From assembly GCA_002869265.1 (NCBI GenBank), contig PKTH01000036.1, positions 50,224 through 114,223 on the forward strand: a DNA stretch of 64,000 nt, in the 5' to 3' direction. The translations under genes and the position numbers were made by a program. Positions 20,164 through 29,878 of the stretch are shown here, one piece after another; positions within the stretch are counted from its first letter, which is position 1; each line of letters starts with the position of its first letter. The notes below the pieces were generated by a model, which did not search any database, was not told where the DNA came from, and saw only the letters and a list, made by a program, of their open reading frames with translations. The stretch is from Candidatus Parcubacteria bacterium (GTDB taxonomy: Bacteria > Patescibacteriota > Patescibacteriia > Patescibacteriales > BM507).

Positions 20164-21060
20164 ATGTTAAAAATAATTCAAAAAAGAATAGCCTGGATTA
20201 GCATTTCAAGTTTTTTAGTGGCCCTATCAATAGTTTTTCTCTTTAGTTTTGGATTGAAGTTAGGTATAGACTTTACCGGAGGATCTTTACTAGAAGTAAA
20301 ATATAATGAAGCAAGACCAAGCATTGCAGAAGTTCAAGATAAACTCTCATCAGTAGAAATAAATAGTTTAGTAATACAACCTGTTGGAGAGGATGGAATC
20401 CTTCTACGTTTTCAGGAAATAAGTGAGGAGAAGCACCAAGAGGTTATATCTGCCCTAAAAACATCTGACGGAGAAGCAGAAATAAGTTTAGATGAAATGC
20501 GTTTTGAGGCAGTCGGACCATCAATTGGACAAGAACTTAAAAAGAAATCAATTTATGCGATAGTTTTAGTTTTATTAGCAATTGTAGCCTATATTTCTTG
20601 GGTATTTAGAAAAGTTTCAAAACCAATTGCTTCATGGAAATATGGAGTTGTTGCAAATATTGCATTGTTTCACGATGTTGTTATAACTCTCGGGGTTTTT
20701 GCTATCTTGGGCAAGTATTTTGGAGTTGAGGTAAACACTCCCTTTGTAGCAGCCATTCTTACTGTTATGGGTTATTCAGTTAATGACACTATTGTTGTTT
20801 TTGATAGAATTAGGGAAAACCTACCAATTAGTGATGATGATTTTGAAGATACAGTAAATAAAAGTGTTAACCAAACTATCACTCGCTCAATCAACACATC
20901 AATGACAACCATGTTGGTTTTGATTGCAGTTCTCATTTTTGGAGGTGAAACTATCAAATCGTTTGTTTTAGCCCTAACCATTGGTATTGCTGCTGGAACC
21001 TATTCATCGATATTCTTAGCTAGTCCGCTTCTGGTTTTTTGGGAGAGATTTAGAAAATAA
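20164..21060 (+). CDS. secF: Protein translocase subunit SecF
   Basis: GIDFTGG, VGPSIG.EL, FHDV, GYSVNDTIVVFDRIRE. Confidence 0.98.
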   Translation: MLKIIQKRIAWISISSFLVALSIVFLFSFGLKLGIDFTGGSLLEVKYNEARPSIAEVQDKLSSVEINSLVIQPVGEDGILLRFQEISEEKHQEVISALKTSDGEAEISLDEMRFEAVGPSIGQELKKKSIYAIVLVLLAIVAYISWVFRKVSKPIASWKYGVVANIALFHDVVITLGVFAILGKYFGVEVNTPFVAAILTVMGYSVNDTIVVFDRIRENLPISDDDFEDTVNKSVNQTITRSINTSMTTMLVLIAVLIFGGETIKSFVLALTIGIAAGTYSSIFLASPLLVFWERFRK

Positions 21061-21080
21061 ATAATTCACAATTTAGATAT

Positions 21081-21114
21081 AAAAAGACAGGAGGTTCTCC
21101 TGTCTTTTGTTTTT
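21081..21114 (+). terminator. Intrinsic terminator after secF
   Basis: AAAAGACAGGAG-GTT-CTCCTGTCTTTT. Confidence 0.88.
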
Positions 21115-21190
21115 AGAATTTGCTATACTAATATAGTTCTTTTAAAATCTAGAACTGGGTGGAAGGTAAACATTTTTTAGTGGAGGATTT

Positions 21191-21604
21191 ATGTCGTATA
21201 TAATAGTAATTTTCGGGATAGCTTTTTTCTTTTATTGGACAAAGGGAGATGTTCTTTCTAGTCATTATAAATTTGAACTAGAGGAGATGGATTGTCATTC
21301 TACTGAAGAGATTATCACAAAAGTGAGACAGCTGCGGTTTTTTTGGCCATACATTTTCTTCCTCCTTAAAAAAGATAGAGTTTTTTTAAAAAAATTCTAT
21401 TCATTACAATTCAATCAAAAACTAAGAAAAAGATTTGAGTTTATTGAAAGAGTTGATTCTCGGAATGTAATAAACTTCAGAATTCAGGGTGCAGGAGTTG
21501 TTTCTATGGATGCGGAAGAGTATTTTAGAAATAATTGTTTAAAAAAACATGCGAGGAGAGGGTATGATAGAATTAAACGAAGAGTCTCAGCGAAAATTGT
21601 ATGA
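21191..21604 (+). CDS. Hypothetical protein with N-terminal TM (3' end possibly frameshifted)
   Basis: SD GGAGG; TG-TATACT -10 at 21121-21129. Confidence 0.6.
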   Translation: MSYIIVIFGIAFFFYWTKGDVLSSHYKFELEEMDCHSTEEIITKVRQLRFFWPYIFFLLKKDRVFLKKFYSLQFNQKLRKRFEFIERVDSRNVINFRIQGAGVVSMDAEEYFRNNCLKKHARRGYDRIKRRVSAKIV

Positions 21605-21778
21605 AAGAATAAAAAACACCGGCGGCGAAATTGATATGAGAATCAGCGGTTTCACCTCTCTCTATATATAAGCTTGATAATGGTGGGACTCAGGAAGAGC
21701 TCGACCAAATAGCAAGTGTTATTAATAGAGTTGTTGCTGGAGAACTTTAAATCTAGGGGGAAAAGTTCCCAGATTATT

Positions 21779-21811
21779 TAAAAGACCGGAAATAAGTTCT
21801 GGTCTTTTTTT
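21779..21811 (+). terminator. Intrinsic terminator
   Basis: AAAGACCGGAA-loop-TTCTGGTCTTT followed by a T run. Confidence 0.8.
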
Positions 21812-21970
21812 ATTAAAAAATGCAATATTTAATTATTTTTGACATTTGCAGACTTTTATGATATTGCTACCCAACTTTAATGTTAATATTTTGACAAGCA
21901 TTAGGGGTTTAGGGTAAACTGTATGTATAAAAAGCTTAAATAAAAGCTTTTATTTTTGAGAATAAAAAAT

Positions 21971-23224
21971 ATGAGACAATCAAAAAATTTCACTAAGGCT
22001 ACGAAAGAAATACCAAAAGACGAGACGAGTTTTAATGCCCAAACTCTTATTAGGGCAGGCTTTATCGATAAATTGGCCGCAGGGGTATATACTTATTTGC
22101 CTTATGGTCTTCGTGTTTTAACAAAAATTTCTCAAATCGTTCGTGAGGAAATGGATAAGATTGGCGGACAAGAACTTCTGATGCCTGCTCTAAACCCAAA
22201 AGAAAATTGGGAGAAAACAGATAGATGGGGAACATTTGATGCTCTATTTAAAATTGGAAATTCATCTGATTCAAAAGAGTATACTTTAGCGCCAACCCAC
22301 GAAGAGATTGTCACCCCCCTTGCTCAGAAACATGTATTTTCATATAAAGATTTACCTATTTATCCATATCATATTCAAACCAAGTTTAGGAATGAAAAGC
22401 GAGCAAAGGCGGGACTTATTCGTGGTCGAGAGTTCTTAATGAAAGATCTTTATTCTTTTCATGTTGATGAAGATGATTTAAATAATTTTTATTTAAATGC
22501 TCAGAAGGCTTATTTTAAAATATTTGAAAGATGTGGCCTTTTGGATATGACCTATCTGACTTATGCTTCTGGAGGATCGTTTTCAAAATATTCTCACGAA
22601 TTTCAAACAGTGGCAGAGGCAGGAGAAGACACGATATATATATGCGAGGATTGTAGCATTGCCGTGAATAGCGAAATAATTGAAGACCAAAAGGGTGGCT
22701 GTCCTAACTGCGATAATAAGAAACTAAAGCAAGAAAAAGCAGTAGAAGTGGGAAATATTTTTAAGTTAATGACAAAATTCTCTTCAGCGTTTGGTCTTGA
22801 GTTTACAGATGAGGAAGGAAAAAAGAACCCCGTTATAATGGGATGTTATGGAATTGGACCAAGTAGAATTATGGGCACAGTAGTTGAGGTTCATCATGAT
22901 GATAGAGGGATTATTTGGCCAGCAGAACTAAGTCCATTCAAAGTACATTTAATAGAAGTTAAGAGTGATAATAAAGAGGTTAGGGAAGAAGCAGAAAAAA
23001 TATATGAAGAACTTGTAAATAAAGATATTGAAGTATTATATGATGATAGAGAATTAAGTGCTGGTGCGAAATTTGCTGAATCAGATTTAATTGGTTGTAC
23101 TTTTAGAGTTGTTGTAAGTGAAAAAACAATAAAGAAAAATGGATACGAGTTTAAGCGCAGAGACAGTGAGAAGTCCGAGATTCTTTCAAAGGAGGAGTTA
23201 GTAGATAAAATTTTAATTGCTTAG
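21971..23224 (+). CDS. proS: Proline--tRNA ligase (short form lacking the INS editing domain)
   Basis: LIRAGFI, PTHEE, KFRNEKR..GLIRGREFLMKDLYSF, EVGNIF, MGCYGIG, anticodon domain YDDR. Confidence 0.96.
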   Translation: MRQSKNFTKATKEIPKDETSFNAQTLIRAGFIDKLAAGVYTYLPYGLRVLTKISQIVREEMDKIGGQELLMPALNPKENWEKTDRWGTFDALFKIGNSSDSKEYTLAPTHEEIVTPLAQKHVFSYKDLPIYPYHIQTKFRNEKRAKAGLIRGREFLMKDLYSFHVDEDDLNNFYLNAQKAYFKIFERCGLLDMTYLTYASGGSFSKYSHEFQTVAEAGEDTIYICEDCSIAVNSEIIEDQKGGCPNCDNKKLKQEKAVEVGNIFKLMTKFSSAFGLEFTDEEGKKNPVIMGCYGIGPSRIMGTVVEVHHDDRGIIWPAELSPFKVHLIEVKSDNKEVREEAEKIYEELVNKDIEVLYDDRELSAGAKFAESDLIGCTFRVVVSEKTIKKNGYEFKRRDSEKSEILSKEELVDKILIA

Positions 23225-23227
23225 CAA

Positions 23228-24271
23228 ATGTTTAATAAAATATTAGGAAAATTTAGTAAAGACGTTGGTATTGATTTGGGAACAAAAAATACATTGGTCT
23301 ACACACAGGAGAAAGGGATAATGATAAACGAACCTTCTGTGGTTGCCGTGAATAAAAGAACAGATGAGATATTGGCAGTTGGGGTAGAGGCAAAAATAAT
23401 GGTTGGGAAAACACCAGCTCATATTCAGGCAATCAGACCATTAATTGATGGAGTTATCTCTGATTTTGAAGTAACTGAAAAAATGCTTAAGTATTTTATA
23501 GACAAGGTGCACAGTGAGAGTTTTACTTTAATTCCTAGACCAAGGGTTGTTATTGGGATCCCTCTAGATATTACAGAAGTTGAAAAAAAAGCCGTGGAGG
23601 ATGCTGCTAAGTCTGCTGGTGCTAGACAAGTTTTTCTTATTGAAGAATCTATGGCAGCGGCTATTGGAACAAGACTACCAGTTGCTGAAGCGACCGCTAC
23701 TATGATAGTAGATATAGGTGGCGGGACAACTGAAATCTCTGTTATTTCACTCGGTGGTATCGTTGCTTCCAAAACCTTGAAATTAGCAGGAGATGAGTTA
23801 GATAATAATATAATCCAGTTCATTAGAGAAGAATTTAATATACTGATTGGAGAACAAGTGGCCGAAAGCATTAAAGTAAGGATTGGTTCAGCGACTGAGT
23901 TGAAAGAACCAATGGAAATGGAGGTTCGGGGTAGAGATCTTATTAATGGTCTTCCTCGTGCGGTAAATGTTGATGACTCTCAGATACGTGAAGCATTATC
24001 AAAGACAGTTGGAATAATAATAGAAAACATTAAGATAACTCTAGAAAAAACACCGCCAGAGCTAGTGTCCGATATTTATGAGCAAGGAATAGTTCTAACT
24101 GGTGGAGGTTCATTGTTGCGTGGTCTTGACAAGGAAATTGCCCAAGCAACCAAAATTCCAGTCCGTGTAGCTGAAGATCCACTAACCTGTGTTGCCCGGG
24201 GCACAGGAATACTCTTAAATGATCCAGAATTATTAGAAAAGGTTTTGACACCTAGTTCTGATGAACTCTAA
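23228..24271 (+). CDS. mreB: Rod shape-determining protein MreB
   Basis: GIDLGT, NEPSVVA, VDIGGGTTE, GIVLTGGG. Confidence 0.98.
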   Translation: MFNKILGKFSKDVGIDLGTKNTLVYTQEKGIMINEPSVVAVNKRTDEILAVGVEAKIMVGKTPAHIQAIRPLIDGVISDFEVTEKMLKYFIDKVHSESFTLIPRPRVVIGIPLDITEVEKKAVEDAAKSAGARQVFLIEESMAAAIGTRLPVAEATATMIVDIGGGTTEISVISLGGIVASKTLKLAGDELDNNIIQFIREEFNILIGEQVAESIKVRIGSATELKEPMEMEVRGRDLINGLPRAVNVDDSQIREALSKTVGIIIENIKITLEKTPPELVSDIYEQGIVLTGGGSLLRGLDKEIAQATKIPVRVAEDPLTCVARGTGILLNDPELLEKVLTPSSDEL

Positions 24272-24282
24272 TATTTTTTCGT

Positions 24283-25101
24283 ATGCCAAAGATTAAAATA
24301 AACACAAGAAGGTATTTTAGCTATTTGGCAGTTATAGGACTGCTTATTTTTTTACATTTCATTGGGATCCTAAGGCCGATTGAGGGCTTTCTTGTTGGCC
24401 TCACAAACCCTATTTCTGAATTTTTTCACAAATCTGGATCAGGTATTAGTAGTATATATGGCCAGCAAGTTGATAAGCGTGATCATAATTTAATAATTGC
24501 AGAATTACAAAAAGAAAACAGAGAACTGTTGGCTGAGAATGCTAGACTGGTAACCGTTGAAGAGGAAAATGAATATTTAAGGAATCAGATCGAATTCAGA
24601 AAAAACAATAATTACAAATATGTTTTAGCAGAAATTATTTCAAGAAATGATTTAATGAACAACTCTAGTGAAGAAAAATCAATTATTATAAATAAGGGTT
24701 CTAATGATAATCTAGGTAACGGGATGGTCCTGATTGATTCTGAAGGTGTGGTGATTGGAAAAATTATTGAAACCAGAGAAAATGTTTCAAAAGCCTGTTT
24801 AAGTATAGACAGACAATGTAAATTTGCATCAGCAATTCAAAATGTCGATAGAACATCAGGTGTTGTAGAGGGAGAATTGGGGCTCACTATTAAGATGGAC
24901 TATATTCCACAAACTGAAATATTAGAAGAGGATGATATTGTTGTTACTTCCGGGCTGGAGGAGAATATACCAAGAGGTCTTGTTTTAGGTAAGGTTTCTG
25001 AGGTGATTCGTGACAATAATAGCCTTTGGCAAAAAGCGGTAATAGAGCCTCTTGTCGATTTTAATGATCTCACATTAATTAGTGTTGTTTATTTAGAATA
25101 A
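24283..25101 (+). CDS. mreC: Rod shape-determining protein MreC
   Basis: TM plus coiled coil, IINKGS, VVTSG...PRGL; follows mreB. Confidence 0.95.
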   Translation: MPKIKINTRRYFSYLAVIGLLIFLHFIGILRPIEGFLVGLTNPISEFFHKSGSGISSIYGQQVDKRDHNLIIAELQKENRELLAENARLVTVEEENEYLRNQIEFRKNNNYKYVLAEIISRNDLMNNSSEEKSIIINKGSNDNLGNGMVLIDSEGVVIGKIIETRENVSKACLSIDRQCKFASAIQNVDRTSGVVEGELGLTIKMDYIPQTEILEEDDIVVTSGLEENIPRGLVLGKVSEVIRDNNSLWQKAVIEPLVDFNDLTLISVVYLE

Positions 25102-25102
25102 T

Positions 25103-25633
25103 ATGTATTTAAAGATATTTTTAAATATTTTGCTTATCGTTTTTCTGGCCTTGCTTCAGGCTTCATTCGTTTCAGCTCTTCCTTCCCCTTTTGCTAATAT
25201 AAATATTTTATTAGTAGTCTTAGTTTATGTCTTGATAGTTGGAAGCTTTGAAATCTCTTTTATTTACGCCCTGTCCTTCGGTTTTTTAATGGACATGTTT
25301 TCGTTTATGAGCTTTGGTTCTCACATTTTTGGATTTTTATTTTCAATTGTTGTGGCTAATTTTCTTCTAGTTAATTTTTTTACTAACAGGTCTTTCTATG
25401 CATTTTTAGCCCTGATTCTTTCGGCCTCAGTTCTTAATTTTTTTATTGTGTATATATATTCTAATGCAATTTCTTTTTTTACAGACGCTGATTATATTAT
25501 TTTCAATCAATCTTTTGCGACATTTGCAATAAAACAGCTAGGATTGAATATGGCGTTAATGCTAGTCTTGTATTATTTAACAAATTTCTTGAATAACAGA
25601 TTTAGACCAGTATTCTTGTCCACCAAAAAGTAA
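25103..25633 (+). CDS. mreD: Rod shape-determining protein MreD
   Basis: Hydrophobic, G.LMD motif, located between mreC and mrdA. Confidence 0.85.
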   Translation: MYLKIFLNILLIVFLALLQASFVSALPSPFANINILLVVLVYVLIVGSFEISFIYALSFGFLMDMFSFMSFGSHIFGFLFSIVVANFLLVNFFTNRSFYAFLALILSASVLNFFIVYIYSNAISFFTDADYIIFNQSFATFAIKQLGLNMALMLVLYYLTNFLNNRFRPVFLSTKK

Positions 25634-25637
25634 CTAA

Positions 25638-27620
25638 ATGTTGAGCAATTTTCATAAAAACAAAAAAACCATAAATTCAGATCCTTTTTCTATTAAAGAG
25701 GGTGGTTTTCGAGATGGTATTTTAAAAAACACTTCTTTCAGAAGAGAGTGGACAGAGGAGTCATTTAACCTTGGGGGCGGGAATAGAGACACGATAGGGA
25801 AGAATTTTAATTATCAAAAGTTATATATCGTAGGAGTATTATTGATTTTTTCGATGTCCATTTTGTTTGCCAGAACAGCCTGGTTGCAAGTTGTAAAAGG
25901 CGATTATTATTTTTCGATGGCTGAAGGAAATAGAATAAGAATTGAAAGAATAGAACCAAAAAGAGGAATTGTTTATGATCGAAATGGCGTTTCCTTAGTG
26001 AGGAATAAAGCAAATTTTATTTTGTATTTTATCCCCATAGATATTCCAGAAGATATTGAAAAAAGAAACTATCTTTTTAAAAAAATAATTTCTGTTGTTG
26101 GTGATTTGTCTGTTGATGAACTAAATGAAATTTATGGTTCTGTGAAAATAGGATCTCTAGAGTCTTATCGTCCTCTTTTTGTAAAGGAAGATGTCGAGTA
26201 TGAAGATGCAATAAAGCTTTATCTACAATCAGATAAGATGCCGGGAGTTATGATTTCAAATAAGATAAGAAGAGAATATAATTTACACAGTATGACTCTT
26301 TCACATGTTTTGGGTTATACCGGGAAAATAAATCCCGAAGAACTCAAGAATTCAGGTGATGAGTACAGTATGATAGACTATATTGGTAAAATGGGTATTG
26401 AGTATTTTTGGGAAAACGAACTAAAAGGGGTTAATGGGAAAAAACAGATCGAGGTTGATGCTCTTGGTTATGAAAAGAAAATTATTAGCGAGGTGGAGGC
26501 TGAAGATGGTCATAATTTAGTTTTATCTTTGGATGTTGCTATGCAGAAAAAAATGGAAGAGATAGTGGTTTCATATTTAGAAAAGCTAGATTTAGGTAAA
26601 GCGTCAGCTGTTGTTTTGGATCCTAATAACGGAGAAGTTTTAACTCTTGTTTCTTACCCTTCGTATAATAATAATGCTTTTGCTCGTGGGATTACCCAAG
26701 AAGAATATAAAACCTTGATTGAACATCCAGATAATCCTCTTTTTAATAGAGCGGTGAGTGGAGAGTTCCCTTCGGGATCAACTATTAAACCAGTTATGGC
26801 AGCTGCAGCCCTGCAAGAAGGGGTTATCAGTGAGCACACGAGTTTTTTAAGTACAGGTGGTATTAGGATTGGTCAATGGTTTTTCCCTGACTGGCTTGCA
26901 GGTGGTCACGGAGTTACTGATGTTCGGAAGGCTATTGCTCAGTCTGTTAATACTTTCTTTTATTATATTGGTGGCGGTCATGATGGTTTTACTGGGTTGG
27001 GGCTTGAGAGAATTATTGAGTACGAAGAAAAATTTGGCTTGGGAGCACAAACCGGGATTGACTTAGCTGGGGAGGCCGACGGCTTTCTACCGACTAGAGA
27101 GTGGAAAGAAGAAGTCAAGAATGAACCATGGTATATAGGAGATACTTATCATCTTTCAATTGGTCAAGGTGATTTATTAGCCACTCCATTGCAAGTTGCA
27201 AATTTTACAGCATTTTTTGCAAACGGGGGCATCATCTATAGACCACACCTAATTAAGCAAATATTATCAGGTGATGACGAGTTACTTGTAAATGTGGACG
27301 GAGTGGTTGTTAGGGAAGGGTTTATAGATGACTATAATGTAGAGGTGGTGCGACAGGGAATGCGAAAAACTGTTACAGAGGGCTCAGCTAGAAGTATGAG
27401 TATTTTACCAGTTTCTTCGGCTGGAAAAACCGGGACAGCTCAATGGTCTTCTAAACACGACAATCATGCATGGTATACAGGATTTGCTCCATATGAGGAA
27501 CCCGAGCTGGCCTTTACGGTTCTTGTGGAAGAGGGTAAAGAGGGAAGTGCAGTAGCGGTCCCGATAATGCGTGAGTTTTTAACCTGGTATTATACAGAAT
27601 ATAAGCCGATAGAAAAATAA
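25638..27620 (+). CDS. mrdA: Penicillin-binding protein 2
   Basis: RGIVYDRNG, STIK (SxxK), SVN (SxN), KTGTAQ. Confidence 0.96.
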   Translation: MLSNFHKNKKTINSDPFSIKEGGFRDGILKNTSFRREWTEESFNLGGGNRDTIGKNFNYQKLYIVGVLLIFSMSILFARTAWLQVVKGDYYFSMAEGNRIRIERIEPKRGIVYDRNGVSLVRNKANFILYFIPIDIPEDIEKRNYLFKKIISVVGDLSVDELNEIYGSVKIGSLESYRPLFVKEDVEYEDAIKLYLQSDKMPGVMISNKIRREYNLHSMTLSHVLGYTGKINPEELKNSGDEYSMIDYIGKMGIEYFWENELKGVNGKKQIEVDALGYEKKIISEVEAEDGHNLVLSLDVAMQKKMEEIVVSYLEKLDLGKASAVVLDPNNGEVLTLVSYPSYNNNAFARGITQEEYKTLIEHPDNPLFNRAVSGEFPSGSTIKPVMAAAALQEGVISEHTSFLSTGGIRIGQWFFPDWLAGGHGVTDVRKAIAQSVNTFFYYIGGGHDGFTGLGLERIIEYEEKFGLGAQTGIDLAGEADGFLPTREWKEEVKNEPWYIGDTYHLSIGQGDLLATPLQVANFTAFFANGGIIYRPHLIKQILSGDDELLVNVDGVVVREGFIDDYNVEVVRQGMRKTVTEGSARSMSILPVSSAGKTGTAQWSSKHDNHAWYTGFAPYEEPELAFTVLVEEGKEGSAVAVPIMREFLTWYYTEYKPIEK

Positions 27621-27632
27621 ATAACATAAAAT

Positions 27633-27663
27633 AAAACCCGCAGTTTAGCGGGTTTTTTGTTTG
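27633..27663. terminator. Bidirectional intrinsic terminator
   Basis: AAAACCCGC-N6-GCGGGTTTT. Confidence 0.85.
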
Positions 27664-27671
27664 AAATTTTT

Positions 27672-28109
27672 TCAGAGGCAAATACTTCTACTTCGTTTGT
27701 GAGTTATTTCTTTTGCAATGCTTCCGTTTGGAGTCCTGATTATTTTTGGAATAAATCCAAAAGGCTTTCCAATGTCATCGATGATTTCTTTCATCTCATC
27801 ATTAAGAGCGGAATAAACTGTTTCCTCAAGCAATATTCCAAGATTTCCATCTTCCATTGCTCCAAAGGTTCTTGGAAAAAAGATGACAATCCCATCATTA
27901 ATCCTTCTGTTGTTTTTTGATTGCTCGGTGTCAATTGCTTTGACATAAAACCAAACATTGGGAAAATCACAGATAGTTGAAACGTTACAAACATTGTAGT
28001 CAAGAGTCTTTCTAAGAGCTGGTGAGAGTAGTAAGCAAAGTCTCTCTAGACATTTTAGAACATATCCTAACTCTTCGTTATTAATGTAGTAATGGCTTTC
28101 TTTTGACAT
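27672..28109 (-). CDS. Hypothetical protein (145 aa)
   Basis: Start reassigned to ATG 28109 after SD GGGAGG; promoter TTGACT-N17-TAAATT at 28168-28196. Confidence 0.7.
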   Translation of the reverse strand: MSKESHYYINNEELGYVLKCLERLCLLLSPALRKTLDYNVCNVSTICDFPNVWFYVKAIDTEQSKNNRRINDGIVIFFPRTFGAMEDGNLGILLEETVYSALNDEMKEIIDDIGKPFGFIPKIIRTPNGSIAKEITHKRSRSICL

Positions 28110-28215
28110 AGCACCCTCCCATAGTTTTATGTGATATGTTTTTTTATAAATAAAGAGCTGACGATAAAATTTAGCAAAAAATGAGAAAGAAGTCAATATT
28201 TAGCAGAGGTGTATT

Positions 28216-28242
28216 TTAGCACTCTTGACACTAGACTGCTAA
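28216..28242 (+). promoter_or_regulatory. CIRCE operator (HrcA binding site)
   Basis: TTAGCACTC-N9-GACTGCTAA, one mismatch from consensus, directly upstream of hrcA. Confidence 0.92.
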
Positions 28243-28254
28243 GAGTGTTAAAAT
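28225..28254 (+). promoter_or_regulatory. Sigma70 promoter of the heat-shock operon
   Basis: TTGACA (inside the CIRCE spacer)-N18-TAAAAT with TG extension. Confidence 0.75.
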
Positions 28255-28280
28255 GTTCATAGTTCAAAAAAAATAAGTTT

Positions 28281-28970
28281 ATGAACGACAGAAAACAGCT
28301 AATATTAAATACAATAATCAAGGAGTATATAAACACAGGGAATCCAATAAGTTCTGGGTTTTTGGTTGAAAAATATAGTCTAGACGTTTCTCCTGCGACA
28401 GTTAGAAATGATATGGTTTTTTTGGAGAACGAGGGGTATATTGTCCAACCACACACATCTGCTGGTCGCATACCTACAGAGGAAGCTTTTAAATATTTTT
28501 TAAAAAACTTAAAAGATAAAAAATTAAGTACCAAAGATTCAGAGCTGATTGATGATGTTATGATTGGTATGGAAGAAAAGAATTTAAAACAAACCGCTAA
28601 AGAGGTAGCTCGGATATCGGGACAAACTGTTTTTTGGGCTTTTCATAAGAATAGTCTTTACTATACAGGTGTTTCAAATCTCCTAAACCAGCCTGAGTTT
28701 AAACAAGAAGACACTATATATGATATTTCTTTAATAATTGATCACATGGATGATACCATTGAAAAAATTTTTGAAGGAATCCCTCATGAGAACAATGTAG
28801 TATTGCTTGGATCAGAAAACCCTTTTGGAGATATGTGTGGGACCGTTATGTTTAAATATAAGAGAGGAAAACAGTCAGGACTTTTTGGTATAATGGGTCC
28901 GGTTAGAATGGATTATCAATACTGTGTGTCTATTTCGAATTTTATTAAAAATAAACTAAAGGATAAATAA
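28281..28970 (+). CDS. hrcA: Heat-inducible transcription repressor HrcA (short form)
   Basis: SPATVRNDM..LE..GY..QPHTSAGRIPT, QPEF, GPVRMDY. Confidence 0.95.
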   Translation: MNDRKQLILNTIIKEYINTGNPISSGFLVEKYSLDVSPATVRNDMVFLENEGYIVQPHTSAGRIPTEEAFKYFLKNLKDKKLSTKDSELIDDVMIGMEEKNLKQTAKEVARISGQTVFWAFHKNSLYYTGVSNLLNQPEFKQEDTIYDISLIIDHMDDTIEKIFEGIPHENNVVLLGSENPFGDMCGTVMFKYKRGKQSGLFGIMGPVRMDYQYCVSISNFIKNKLKDK

Positions 28971-28973
28971 AAC

Positions 28974-29828
28974 ATGGAAAAAGAAAAAAAATATCCGAGA
29001 TTAGTAGTCTCAGCATTTATATTCAATGACAAGGAAGAGCTGCTCCTGGTGAGACATCCAAGATGGAATAATCAATATATTATTCCTGGCGGAAAAGTTG
29101 AGTATAACGAAAATCTTGAGGCAGCAGTTATAAGAGAAGTAAAGGAAGAGACAAACTTGGACGTAGTTGATATAGAGTTCTTGAAAATTACCGAGAGGCC
29201 AAACCTTGGCGATAAATACCTTAAAGACGATAAGCATTTGGTTTCCGTTCAATATTTAACAAAAGTAAAGAATGAGAAAAAGTTTAAGGAAAGTGACGAG
29301 GCGAAAGATCCAAAATGGTTAAAACCACAAGAATGGTTGAATGAAAAAGAAGTTGAGGAGAGTGTGATTGAAGTAATAAAAACAAAATTAATTGATAGGT
29401 CTAGCTTTGAAGACATGTATAAAAGAGCTTTGGCTGATTATCAGAACCTTTTAAAACAAAGTGCAAAAGAAAAACAAGATTTTGTTAAATTCGCCAACGA
29501 ACAAATGCTATATGAGTTAATCCCTGTTTTTGATAATTTGAAATTGGCGATTAAGCATGCGGACGATGAAGCGCAGAAAAACCCGTGGTTTGCTGGAGTG
29601 GTTCATGTAACGAAACAATTTGAAGATGTTTTATCAAGCATAGGCCTGGTTGAACTAAAGGCTGAAAATGAAAAATTTGATCACAATACGATGGAAGCAT
29701 TGGAAAAAGAAGAAACAGATGACAAAAAGAAAGACGGCTTGGTTAGTAAGGTGGTAAAACCAGGATACAAATTAAAAGACAAAGTAATAAGCCATACCAA
29801 AGTTGTGGTTTATGAATATAAAAAATAA
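28974..29828 (+). CDS. grpE: Nudix hydrolase-GrpE fusion
   Basis: N-terminal Nudix box GGKVEYNENLEAAVIREVKEETNL; C-terminal RALADYQN, LIPVFDNL, FDHNTMEA, PGYKL. Confidence 0.92.
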   Translation: MEKEKKYPRLVVSAFIFNDKEELLLVRHPRWNNQYIIPGGKVEYNENLEAAVIREVKEETNLDVVDIEFLKITERPNLGDKYLKDDKHLVSVQYLTKVKNEKKFKESDEAKDPKWLKPQEWLNEKEVEESVIEVIKTKLIDRSSFEDMYKRALADYQNLLKQSAKEKQDFVKFANEQMLYELIPVFDNLKLAIKHADDEAQKNPWFAGVVHVTKQFEDVLSSIGLVELKAENEKFDHNTMEALEKEETDDKKKDGLVSKVVKPGYKLKDKVISHTKVVVYEYKK

Positions 29829-29878
29829 TTAATTATTTAATAGATCTTTAAAAGATTTATTAAATAAAGAAAAAAAAT

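Noticed and set aside
28110-28196. 5' extension of ORF 27672..28196 from a TTG start
   Set aside because: That TTG is the -35 box; the SD-led ATG at 28109 is a better start
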